Assembly (NCBI GenBank): GCA_950097015.1
Contig: CATNEN010000003.1
Span: 6,386,001-6,450,000, forward strand
Source of the DNA: Macrostomum hystrix
Lineage: Eukaryota > Animalia > Platyhelminthes
Length of the DNA: 64,000 nucleotides
Direction: 5' to 3'
Within the stretch, counting starts at the first letter, position 1. Each line of letters begins with the position of its first letter. Below are positions 1 to 11,178 of the stretch, piece by piece. Under the pieces are notes generated by a model. The model was not told where the DNA came from, did no database searches, and saw only the letters and a list, made by a program, of their open reading frames with translations. The translations under genes and the position numbers were made by a program.

Positions 1-664
1 CTTCGATCGGGCACTGTCCGGACTTCAGGACGCCTGCGGCTTGTCTCACATTGCCAATGTCAAGCAGTGCGTCAGAGTGCTGGCTTCCAGAGCTGGCACT
101 TGCGCAGCAGCCGCCGCCGCGGCAACGGCCGGGGATTCTTCGTCGTCTTCTCCTAGTAGCCAGCAGGCGATTGGTCTGAGAATGATCTGCAAAGCCAGCT
201 GTCCCTGCCTGGAGGCCCTAGTGCCTCTACCGGAGCCATTGAAAAAGTCGCTGGTCGCTTTTGAACAGGTTTTAATTATGTTATTATGCCCAACTACACT
301 ACTAACAAGTAGGTTAGTAGAGAAAATGGACATCAAATTTGGATTAATTTGTTAATTTACCATTTATTCTTAGCTGGTCACGGAGAGCAAGAAGCTGATG
401 CAGCTGGGTCCGGGAATGCGCAGTCGCCTATTGGACTGCGAGTCAACCTGTATGCAGTACTACGATGAACTGCCAACAATGTGCTCAACAGCTGGCCACA
501 AGCCGCGCAAGGTGGCCAAAATTGCTGACAGTTTCGCTTGGAACATTCGTGTACTGCGCGGCCAGGCCGACCTGCTGGCGAGGGCGGCGGATGGAGCCCG
601 AAGCACCATGGTGCAGGCTGAGGAAGCCGGCGAGGCCACGGGTCTGGCCATGACTGCCGTCTGA
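1..664 (+). CDS. 3' part of an uncharacterised protein gene (exons <1-268 and 374-664; begins upstream of the window)
   Basis: Open frame to GAACAG|gt at 268/269 and acceptor tcttag|CTG at 373/374. The phase-0 join links ORF 41..355 to ORF 398..664. TGA at 662-664, AATAAA at 1263-1268. Confidence 0.7.
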
Positions 665-759
665 TTGGCTGGCTAATTGTTAACCGCAGTCGTCTAAATG
701 GCTGACAAACCATAGATGAACTTGGTATAAACTGTTGTAACTAGCGATTAATGAGTGTT

Positions 760-1160
760 TTCTGATAGGCTGGCTAATTACTACTCGTATCTGTCCTTTA
801 ATTAGATGGCAAGTTATGAATGCCTGCTGATTGGCTGGCTAATTATTACTCGTATCTGCAGTCCTCTAATTGGCTGGCGAGTTACGACAGCCTGCTGATT
901 GGGTGGCTAATTATTTAGCTGTCCTCTAATTGGATGGTGAGTCAAGACTGCCTTCTAATTGGCTGGCGAGTTATGACTGCCTGCTGATTGGCTGGCTAAT
1001 TATTTAGCTGTCCTCTAATTGGATGGTGAGTCAAGACTGCCTTCTAATTGGCTGGCGAGTTACGACAGCCTGCTGATTGGCTGGCTAATTATTTAGCTGT
1101 CCTCTAATTGGATGGTGAGTCATGACTGCCTTCTAATTGGCTGGCGAGTTATGACTGTTG
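760..1160. repeat. Degenerate tandem repeat (ATTGGCTGGC-core subunits, ~89-bp higher-order unit), probably in the 3' UTR
   Basis: Recurrent ctaattggctggcgagtta...ctgattggctggctaatta blocks. Confidence 0.8.
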
Positions 1161-2093
1161 GTGATTTGTTGGTGAACTGTAGCTACCATTTAGTTAGCAA
1201 CCAGTAATTATAGCTGTTTGACTAAAATTGATAGCCAAGCCATTTCTGCCAAGATTTCGTTTAATAAAGTTCGTCTGTTTCATATTCTTCTGCTGCTTGT
1301 TGACCAATTAACTTTTTTGATGCCTTTTTAGCTAGGTCTACTAATATATTTTGTTTATATGAGCTATTTGTCCTTCCCCTGCAATCGCCCAAGGCTAACC
1401 ATGCATGACATATTTCCACTTTGGCAAATAACGCTAATTTCCCCCTTATTATAATCCGTTTCTGACGTTCTGTTTAAAAAAAACTGACAAAACACACAGC
1501 AGAACTTTGTGTTACTTAAAGGCACAATCTTTTCTAGTTTTTTCTGCATAATCGTATAGATTCAATTTATTAGTCATAAAATTATATTTTTTATCTGACC
1601 AAAAATTAATACGCACAATTTTCCTTTTTCTTTACTACTATTAGTAGAGATTTGTAATTTGTAGGTAAATTTGTAAAATTAATTTACAAATTCTCGCGTT
1701 TATTTAATAATTTCGTTTTAACAAAAGCAGCTGCTCTTATTGCAATTTTATTCCTTGATTTACAAATTAGTCAACAGATGTCGTTGCAATTTGTCAATTT
1801 GTTATTCTATTTCACACAGAGAATGCATGAAATATTTTCTTTATGTAGATTCATTAAGAAATGACAACCATAAAATTATCTTTCTTTTACAAAGTTTCGA
1901 GCACGCTGAGCTATGAATTCCGCTACTCAAAATTCATCAATTTATAGATGTTTAGATTTATTTTGTATAGACGATGCATAATATACAATTATATTAAGTC
2001 CGACTAAAAAATCTCACGAATTAGTAAACGCGTTAAGTTTTTTTATTTCAATTTAAAAAGCGAATTAAACAGTTTCCAGCAAAGTTCAAGGTG

Positions 2094-2396
2094 TCACTGC
2101 TGCTGCTGTTGCTGGCGTTGTTTCATCTGCACGATCTCCGCTTCTGTTGCGTCGTATTTTCTATAATCAGATCTGCTGATAGAAAAGTACAAGAAAGCCA
2201 TGGAGACTAAAACACCGTAGCCAAACACCTGGCCTAGCCTAGGCTTCGGTATAACACTGAACTTTTTGTAAAAACTGCCTTTAATATTTGACAATATGCC
2301 GCCGAAATTAATCTTCACAGCGGCAGCTGTTTCCCTGCTTGGCGTAGGATTCGGCTTTGGCGAAGAATTTAGCAACGACGGGAATTCCTTTTGCAT
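2094..2396 (-). CDS. Small (~100 aa) putative single-pass membrane protein with C-terminal polyQ
   Basis: GC-richer ORF in AT-rich flanks. A ttttccag acceptor lies just before the ATG at 2396. Hydrophobic segment VFGYGVLVSMAFLYFSI. Confidence 0.5.
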   Translation of the reverse strand: MQKEFPSLLNSSPKPNPTPSRETAAAVKINFGGILSNIKGSFYKKFSVIPKPRLGQVFGYGVLVSMAFLYFSISRSDYRKYDATEAEIVQMKQRQQQQQQ

Positions 2397-2540
2397 GATT
2401 TCTGCTCTGGAAAAGAAATTAATCAATCGAGTAGTTTTTAGCTGGCGATATTTAGTAGCTCTGAAACATTTTGAAAGGCTTTACTTATGCCTTATATACT
2501 AAAAATACAATAATTAACTAATAGTAGTATAATAATAGTA

Positions 2541-2592
2541 GTTCGGGAATCGAACCCCCGACCTTTAAGTTGTTAGTCCGATGTTGCAAACT
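2541..2592 (-). mobile_element. tRNA-derived SINE head fragment
   Basis: Reverse complement contains acttaaaggtcgggggttcgattcc, identical to the copy at ~5178-5202 (B box GGTTCGATTCC). Confidence 0.55.
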
Positions 2593-3151
2593 GGTATATG
2601 GGTATAAAGTTATGCATGCATGTTTAGATTAGCCTATGTACCAAATTACATAACTACCGCCAACGGAAAACTTTAAAGAAACAAGATTAGAAGATAACTG
2701 ATTAGAAAAAAATGGTCACTCGTTAATTACGTCACAGGTTTAATGTTTTGCATACATGATGCAATTTTATGCGACTACTTTAAGTAGCGAAAGTAGCAAA
2801 TCATCACCGATTTTTTTGAATATCTGAACGAGCAAAAAACTGAATAAACTGATTGAGGATAGAAAAAATGAGTCGCTAAGTCTTTTATGTTACAAATGTT
2901 TTGAATTAAAATGATTCTTAGCTGTGACGGTTTTTTTCACAAGAGAAAGCATCAATGTAGGGTATGTGATTATAATGCACAGCAATCAGTTAAACAAGCG
3001 ATAACAATTACAATGAGAAAATGGAAAAAATGCTTACAACAGAAACTTTAAAAAAGTTACATTAGAGAATTACATTAAAATGCTGTTGTTGCTACTTAGG
3101 CTGCTAATATAATAAGTAGTCTAATTAGCGTAGAGATAGATAAATACACAA

Positions 3152-5703
3152 TCAAATTGGACAATCAGCATGGCCGGCCAATTTAAGCCTTTCGGAAACG
3201 AGCTGATGCCGGAAATCGATCAGGTCCTGAAGATAGCGCGATAATTTTGCTTCCGTAAGATTTTGCGATCGCGAGCGCAATAGCGGATGCAATCTAAGTA
3301 GTCTCATTGCTTGACGACTGGCTTCGCTGCACAGATGCCTATCTCTAGCGCTAAGAGGTGCGGCAAAGCAGGCTAGGGCTTGATTTCGGTCAAGGCCTAG
3401 CTTCAGCAATGCCAGGTAGAGTCCCAGACAGCGCAGGCGGGAGCGCGCAATGCCGCATGTCGGCCAGGAAGCCGATAGGATGTCGGTGAGAACGGCAGCG
3501 TCAGCTGTCAAATTGGCTCCCGCTTCGCCTCGGCCCATTGGCGATAGAAGGTTCAAGAAATCGGCCTGAATATTAGTTTGGGGTGCAATGCCGGGTTTAT
3601 TTTCAAGTTTCCGAATGTACATTCTCAGTGTACTGTCTATCCCTTCTGATGTGCATTCTCTGTGTACTCTCTATCCATTCTGATGTGCATTCTCTGTGTA
3701 CTCTCTATCCCTTCTGTTGTACATTCTCAGTGTACTCTCCATCCATTCTGATGTACATTCTCAGTGTACTGTCTATCCCTTCTGATGTGCATTCTCTGTG
3801 TACTCTCTATCCATTCTGATGTGCATTCTCTGTGTACTCTCTATCCCTTCTGTTGTACATTCTCAGTGTACTCTCCATCCATTCTGATGTACATTCTCAG
3901 TGCACTCTATTCATTCTTATGTACATACTCAGTGTACTCTCTATCCATTCTTATGTACATACTCAGTGTACTCTCTATCCATTTTGATGTACATTCTCAG
4001 TGTACTCTATCCCTTCTGATGTGCATTCTCTGTGTACTCTCTATCCATTCTGATGTGCATTCTCTGTGTACTCTCTATCCCTTCTGTTGTACATTCTCAG
4101 TGTACTCTCCATCCATTCTGATGTACATTCTCAGTGTACTCTATTCATTCTTATGTACATACTCAGTGTACTCTCTATCCATTCTTATGTACATACTCAG
4201 TGTACTCTCTATCCATTTTGATGTACATTCTCAGTGTACTCTATTCATTCTGATGGACATTCTCAGTGTACTCTCTATCCCTTATGATGTACATTCTCAG
4301 TGTACTCTCTATCCCTTCTGATGGACATTCTCAGTGTACTCTCTATCCCTTCTGATGTTCATTCTCTGTGTACTCTCTATCCCTTATGATGTACATTCTC
4401 AGTGTACTCTCTATCCCTTCTGATGTACATTCTCTGTGTACTCTCTATCCCTTCTGATGTACATTCTCTGTGTAGAATAGACTTATTTCAACTGGTTTAC
4501 TCCTCTATTTGATATGTGTTTGTTGATTACATAATTTTTATGACCCTAATTGCCTATTACCTGCAAAACATTTGGTACTAAGAATATTATACAAACTAAA
4601 CTACACTAAATAAATAAACAAATTAATCTTACCTCATCTTCAACAGACTTGTATTCACTCTCATCCTTAACATCAGCCGTAGAGGCAGTACTCAAATTAG
4701 CAGCTGCAGCCAATTTCCATCCGTGTTCAATTAAAAACTGTTTTGTATGGATTAATAGAGATAAACCGCCTCGACTAGAAGCCTGACAGACGTGCCTAGC
4801 CTTGACTAGGGGGACATTTGGACAAAGCAGATGCAAAAGGCAGGCTAGATAGCCTCTGAGTTTCCGCTCCTGGCACCGGGGCATTTTTGAAGATAATTGA
4901 CGCAGTGCCAGACGAACTCGCTCTAGGTCGCACGGCTGACGAATGCCCAGAGAATTGGCATGGCCTTTTAGGGAGTGACACAGTTTCTTAGCCAATGGTG
5001 TTGGAGCATTGTCGCCTATGTCTAGCTTGGAGTTAGGTACACCCAAGTAGCGTGCGAGAGCAACGCGAGACCTGGCCTGCGGAAAATTGCGAAGAGGAAA
5101 ATGCGCGTATTTCTACTGATAGTAGGCTAATAAAATGAAACGGATTGTAGCCTAGTGCTTAGGGCGTTGGACTCGCGACTTAAAGGTCGGGGGTTCGATT
5201 CCAGACTTCACACCAGCTTTTACATGGGTACCAGCCAAATTGGGGTAATTGATGGCGTCCCCCAGTCCATGGACAGAACAGCCGCCACGAAATAGGTACA
5301 GCTGTGCTGTTGGCTGCTAGTTATCAAGAAATTTACTATGAAAGTTACTATGGAAACTATGGCATATACAGTCTTTCAGTCCATGGACTAGAGAGTGTGG
5401 AGCTACCATAACTACCATAAAAAATTTTTCCTTTAAAACTGAGATTCGAACCCTTGACTTCTTGGTCTATCATTGTGATTTTGACTTCATTATTACCTGT
5501 GAAAATGCCACACCCTCGGTGTCAAACAGACCGCAGCCAGTTGACTTTGGATCTGTGACCAATTCGCAGCTGTTGGTTCCAGAAGAAGCCAATCCGCCAG
5601 AGTCAAATTTTGTTTCAGATTGAACAGCGCCACAATCTAGGCATACTTTGTCATGCGACAGGGTGGCCTTGACCACCTCCCCATTGCAGCACTGGCAGAA
5701 TTG
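3152..5703 (-). CDS. BRF2: BRF2-like TFIIB-related factor (TFIIIB subunit); exons 5703-5497, 5076-4633, 3565-3152; start exon not located
   Basis: TFIIB-type Zn ribbon (CQCC...VCLDCGAV). Three exons join in phase 0 with GT-AG ends. C-terminal segments ILSASWPTCG..LYLAL and KLSRYLQDLIDFRHQLV resemble recalled vertebrate BRF2 (ANETWLVTGRHP..FLAW; VVKHIGDLLQHRQSLV). Confidence 0.6.
3615..4472. repeat. 34-bp intronic minisatellite (tgatgtacattctcagtgtactctctatcccttc)
   Basis: About 25 tandem units inside intron 3566-4632. Confidence 0.95.
5142..5290 (+). mobile_element. tRNA-derived SINE in a BRF2 intron
   Basis: A-box-like TAGCCTAGTGCTTAGG, B box GGTTCGATTCC and CCA at 5213-5215. Body motif CCCCCAGTCCATGGAC recurs near 53015. 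Acceptor stem pairs poorly. Confidence 0.6.
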
Positions 5704-7499
5704 CTGCAGATGTTATATAGCAATGTGTGTAATGATTAATAAGTTGCAGAATAAACTCTAAGCAGATTAGATAAATAGACAGCAGGAATGAAACAATTAA
5801 AAGAAGAATTTGGCTTACTATTAGCTTTCACTAGATTTTAATAATTGGCTAGCAATAGTTCAACATGTGTGTTCTTTTAAATAGTTTTATTTAACTGGAC
5901 AGCCTGAAAATACACAAACCTAAAAAAACACCTATTCTTTAAAGCTTGGGCCCCCAAGTTTTTTATTTAGGTTTTTCTGAAAATTTATAAAGCCTTAATG
6001 TTTTTTCATATTTTTGTTTAAAAATGCAATACATAAATTATAAATTTATAATTTATAAATATATTATATATAAATATATAAATTATAAATTGTAATGGTT
6101 TTGTAACATTAGTTTTTTAAGAGCATTTAAAAACTATTTTTACTGTCTCCAATAGGATTATTAATTAATAAACTTGATGCTCAAGTAATCATGTTTAATT
6201 TGCTATTAATGCAGCTGAATTTTTAGGCCTTAAAAACCAACACACTTGTGCTACATGAAGCTATAAAGAAATTTGTCAAGTAAAAGCATTAAAATAGCTA
6301 GAGTAAGTTATTTTAAAAGAGAGAAAGTGGAGAACCAGTCTGGAAACTGAATTGCTATGATCCTTAGTCTTTGGACTGGATGTCTATAAGCAATGCCTGA
6401 AATGCACTTCTGTCCAGTTTAAAAATGCTACTGCAAAGATGCAATATCACAAGGGTTAAATAATAGAAAATTATAAAGAACAAAACAACAAAAACAACAA
6501 AGAAATCATAAATGGACGTTTTTAAACATGTATTCCTTTCTTTGTAGTGTTTTTCTTAGAAATTACTTTGCTTTTAGGCACTCATTCTTTAGTTTTAATT
6601 TCTTGTGCCAATTTAAAATTTTTATACATGAAAGTGCCCTGATGTTTAGAAATCTTGATTTTTACATCCACAGTTTGTTAAACCAAGTTTGTTAAAAAGA
6701 TGTAGAAGTGTTTCAATTTACAATATAAAATGTCTATTTAACTTCTCAGCCAGAAAATGTGAAATTGTTATAATCATACTAAATAAGGTATTATGTGAGA
6801 AAAAAGGTTGATTTACTATGATACAAAGCCTATCTTGAAAAAAATTTACAAGAAAACATGTGTATAAGGTCAGGGAAGCCTCCAATCAACTGGAAGCCTA
6901 CAACAACACTAAATAGATTTGTACCAGCTAAAGCCAAATCATTGCTTATCATTCCAATGCTAAGTAATTCATTGGAAATAAGTATACTTGTATGGTGTCT
7001 TGGTGCTTAGACAGTCCTATCCACTAACATAGGCCTAGTAAATTATAAAATTTATAATCAATAGTATTATGAGTCATGACTATGTCACTACATACAAAGT
7101 ACACAGGCATTCAGCAGACATTCAAAAGGACAGACAAAAGCTTGGCTGACAATTGGTAGGCCTAAGAGAAAGGGATTTAGATTCAGAGAGATTGCATGCA
7201 CAGAAGCTATTCACCCAGTGTTTGATTGTGTGCACAGCAGTTTCGACTTCTAATTCATATGTTAAAGTGTAATTGAAAGTTTATATCCATTTGATTAAAC
7301 AAAGTTGTCATTTAAAAACAATTTAAAAACATTCAAGCAAATTAAAAAACATGATGTTACAAAGTAGGCCCTATACATACATTTGGTTTGCTTGTCAAGG
7401 TGAAATTGCATAGCAACAGAACATAATTAGGCTTGAGTCTTTTGCTTGTAATTGAGAACCAAATGCTGATTTTGTCCTAGGGCTATTTTATAATATTTA

Positions 7500-8090
7500 A
7501 TATCCCACTGAATGTCACCAAAGTTGTGCTAGGGATAATTATTCTTCTACCTTACTTTCAAAATGTTGTTGTATTTCTTATTGTTAATGTTCTACGAAAG
7601 TCGTTTTTATAGAGGTCGTATTTGAATATAATATTGAAGAAATTTCAATATTTTCTTAGAACTATTTTATATATTTAAAGGAATTTCTTGGTAGCGTATT
7701 TAGTTATTCTGAGTATCGCATTTAGTTAGTCTAGGTAGCGTATTTAGTTATTCTGGCCGATTACTTTATCGCATGTATGTATTTCTGAGTATAGGCTTTC
7801 CGAAGAGCGTTACCAATGATTTCAAGTGTACAGCAATACTTTCTATTTATCTCTCTATCTTAAATCTTTCTTAGCATTCGTCTCCAAATGTTTTATAAAG
7901 AATGAAAGAACACAATTCTGAGTATTGTATACGAACTTGTTTCAAACTGCGTTGAACAAGGTTATTTCTCTCTTGCTTTCGCTCCTGTATTTATATACTA
8001 ATTTTGTATCGTTTCAAACAAATAGTTACAGCGCATTCAAACAAACTAATTTCGCGTTAAAACAAATATACCACAATTTAAACAAAAAAG
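7500..8090 (-). repeat. Dispersed repeat, copy 1 (homologous to 33085-33600)
   Basis: Shared order: (cc/tc)accaaagttgt, tatttagtt repeats, catgtatgtatttctgag..taggct..tgatttca..tgtacagcaata, tatttata. Confidence 0.7.
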
Positions 8091-8953
8091 GAAAAGTCGC
8101 AGGTTTTCAAATATACTAGGTTTCGGTCTACATCAACTGACCTCCCTACTAGGGTTTTTCGAAACAAGACAGTGAGAAAAACACTATATACAATGATTAC
8201 TGAGCATAGTTAAAACAATAATAATGGCAGATGCAAAATTTATACAGGTAGGTCTGGAATAAAATGAGCACATGCATACACATTAAGTAAACAATAAGGA
8301 AACATATAGGCAAAAATGGCAAAATTATAAGTAGAATGTTAGCATTGATAAAGTCAGTTCTGAAGTATTTAAAATTCACAAGGTGCTGGTAAATCCCTAT
8401 AGTACTATAGCGCTATACTATACTATACTACTAGCACTACTATAGTAGCGCCATCCAATTTGCGAAAACATCCATCGAAACTCGATGTTTACCATTTGGC
8501 GATGTATCGTCCGGGTAATGTTGGCTAAGCCTTTGTGTACAGCCTGGGCCGTCGCTTGTAGTAGAGTAAATGACCTTTTCTCGGCTGTAGTTCTCGCGCA
8601 GAGTTCGCACACGCTTCCATACTTGAGATCGCTGAGGGTAGTGCTGATCGTAGGTGGGACTGGCTACAAATAATGTTGTAGGCCTAACTTCTTAACTAGT
8701 AACTTAATAAATCCCACTACTGTCACTAAAGTTGTTGTAGGGTATTATCTTAATAGCTTAACAATTTCACTAATACCACCAAAGTTGCTACAGGTCTTTA
8801 CTAGACTGCTGTCACCAAGGTTGTACTACGGTTATCTTTTATCTCACTGCTTGTTATTGTACCAGGGCTTACTTCCTTTTACTTAATTTTACTGAATGCC
8901 ACCAAAGTTGTACAGGTGGAAATTAATATTTCTACTACAGTTGACTCACATTA

Positions 8954-9180
8954 ACTGGTGGACCTTAAAAGGGCCGTTTTAACTTCTTAATTGGTAGCGT
9001 TTATATATGCACGAGCGGTAATTAGGCAACTGTATACTTTTCCAGCCGATTAGGCGTCCCCGAGATTAGAGTTTAGCAGTTCCCTTCGATAATATTCTTA
9101 GTATAACTTCTGAGTATAATTCTACTTATACTTCTCACTGCTATCTTCCTTTAAAATGAATAACACAATGCAAAGCTGTC
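8954..9180. repeat. Local duplicate module, copy A (copy B at ~9696-10080)
   Basis: aactgg.gg.ccttaaa.gggccgttt...ggtagcgt...gcacgag...attaggcaactgtat...gattagagtttagc is shared by both copies. Confidence 0.75.
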
Positions 9181-9839
9181 GGAAATTTATCTTTTAAACA
9201 CACTTAAAACTATATTTACAAACACCTCTTGAAAAACTACTTCAACTTTTAAACTCTTTAAACACTCTCCTGAAACACTTTAATACTCTTGTACAAAGGC
9301 TTTCAGCTTTAACTCAACTCAACAATTTCAACTTCAACTCTAAAAACACACTTCGAAACACTCTTACAAACTCACTGAAACACTTCGAACACTTTCGAAC
9401 TCTCTCGGACTCACTCACCGGGTTATTTTTCCAGACCAAAAGTGCGGCTATTTATAGTGAGAAAAATTAACTTTTGTTTAAACGGGAGCATTTTACATAA
9501 TATTATTTATAATACGCGATTTAAAACAAAATTATTTACATACAGTATTACTTTTGATACGGTACAAAGATAAACAAATTATTATTTTTTTGGCGCATTT
9601 TTAATTTTATTTATTTTTATAATTTTTATAATAGAATAACGTATATACAAGAGGCTAACTATTACATTATCACCATCCAGTAGATATGTTTTTAAACTGG
9701 CGGTCCTTAAATGGGCCGTTTAACTCTTTAATCTGGTAGCGTCTGTATTTGCACGAGGAGTAAATTAGGCAACTGTATGTATTTTAGATTAGAGTTTAGC
9801 GCAGTTCCCTCTTATTATTAGTAATATTCTTGGTATAAA

Positions 9840-10040
9840 TCTTAGTATAGTTCTTAGTATGGTACTTCTTAGTATGGTTCTTAGTATAGTTCTTAGTATG
9901 GTTCTTAGTATGGTTCTTAGTATGGTTCTTAGTATGGTTCTTAGTATGGTTCTTAGTATGGTTCTTAGTATGGTTCTTAGTATGGTTCTTAGTATGGTTC
10001 TTAGTATGGTTCTTAGTATGGTTCTTGGTATGGTTCTTAG
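9840..10040. repeat. 12-bp minisatellite (ttagtatggttc)n
   Basis: About 15 tandem units. Gives spurious RTIL/KNHT/MVLS ORFs. Confidence 0.95.
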
Positions 10041-10428
10041 TGTTATACGTGGCATCTCGCTTTCCATTTTCTCTGCTGCGTAAAGCTTCTCTATTGCACT
10101 CTTTAACAGCACCTTTACGATCGCGCGACTGTATTGATAAAATTTTTACCATAGACATTCTGACCGGTCATTAATCGTGTTCATTAGTGACCGCCGAAAG
10201 AGCACTGAATGCGTGCCATGCATAAAAGTTTCGCGGTCATTAATGAGGTGTCCTTGAAAAATGTTATCATTGGCCAATGACAATAGAGACCGGCTATTTC
10301 GGGTATCAATGTCTTTATATTTACATTAGTATGCAGACACAAAGTTTACGTCGACTTTGATATAATTAATAGTAAAATATATGTAGGCTGTAAACTACTA
10401 GGAGTAAATTTATTCGCGATTGAATTTT

Positions 10429-11178
10429 TCAGTTAAAAGGACTGATGCACTCGCACAAAACAGCGCCAGGAGTATCCGAATGATCTCGAAAGTCTGAGAG
10501 CTTATCGTGATAGAACCAACGACCAATCACGTTTTCGGCGTTGTTGCGATTGTCTGGTTCTCCGAAGCCCCACAAACTGCCGTCCACGGTGATGTTGCAG
10601 CCGACCCAGTACCAGCCACCTGCTGGCTCTGGACTGCCTGCTGGCTGAAAGCCTCCGAGCCAGAAGGATTTGCCTCCAGCCCTGTTGTAGTAGATCTGGT
10701 CCACGCGAATCATCTCTGTGGTGTCCATCACATCGGCCATGATCACCAGACCGCTCTCCGACTCGCACTTCTGCCTGCTCGGCCACCAGTAACCTACGCC
10801 GAAGTACAGCTTGTACTTCACTCCGCACAGGTCGTCTCCGTAGCCAATCGGACACAGCTGGCCAGCCTCGAGTCCCGGCTGCTGCTTCACAAACACCTGG
10901 CCTCTCCTGGAGCAGCTGCAGTCCCTCACCGACTTGCTGCACTTGTTGAACACGAACAGCTGACACGGACCGTCAGCCATGGTGAAGGCTTGGCAGTTTG
11001 TCATCTCGAAGCACATCATGGAGCAGTGTCGGAGAGATGTCGCAGATTGGTTTCTAACAAACTCAGGTCGGATGCACAGGAATCCATTATGAGCATCGAA
11101 AGTTATGCTGGCATCGCAGGGTCGATGCACCAGCAACAGTGCCAGCAGGATACTTTTGAGCTTAACCACTAGTTGCAT
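10429..11178 (-). CDS. Secreted PAN/apple + C-type lectin domain protein, copy 1 (intronless)
   Basis: Signal peptide from the ATG at 11178 (MQLVVKLKSILLALLLV..DA). PAN-like CSMMC..CQAF..CQLF. CTLD motifs FWLGG, WYW, WGFGEPD, LCE. Confidence 0.8.
   Translation of the reverse strand: MQLVVKLKSILLALLLVHRPCDASITFDAHNGFLCIRPEFVRNQSATSLRHCSMMCFEMTNCQAFTMADGPCQLFVFNKCSKSVRDCSCSRRGQVFVKQQPGLEAGQLCPIGYGDDLCGVKYKLYFGVGYWWPSRQKCESESGLVIMADVMDTTEMIRVDQIYYNRAGGKSFWLGGFQPAGSPEPAGGWYWVGCNITVDGSLWGFGEPDNRNNAENVIGRWFYHDKLSDFRDHSDTPGAVLCECISPFN

Noticed and set aside
5142-5215. Functional tRNA gene
   Set aside because: Acceptor and anticodon stems pair poorly, it continues into a repeated body, and truncated copies exist elsewhere; better explained as a SINE head.
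8400-8690. GC-richer exon-like island, a possible BRF2 5' exon
   Set aside because: Several frames are open but none is recognisable or can be joined convincingly to the exon at 5703.
10502-11172. Overlapping and antisense ORFs on the lectin genes (also 13916-14521, 18164-18640)
   Set aside because: Shadows of GC-rich coding sequence; their apparent conservation follows from DNA identity of the paralogues.
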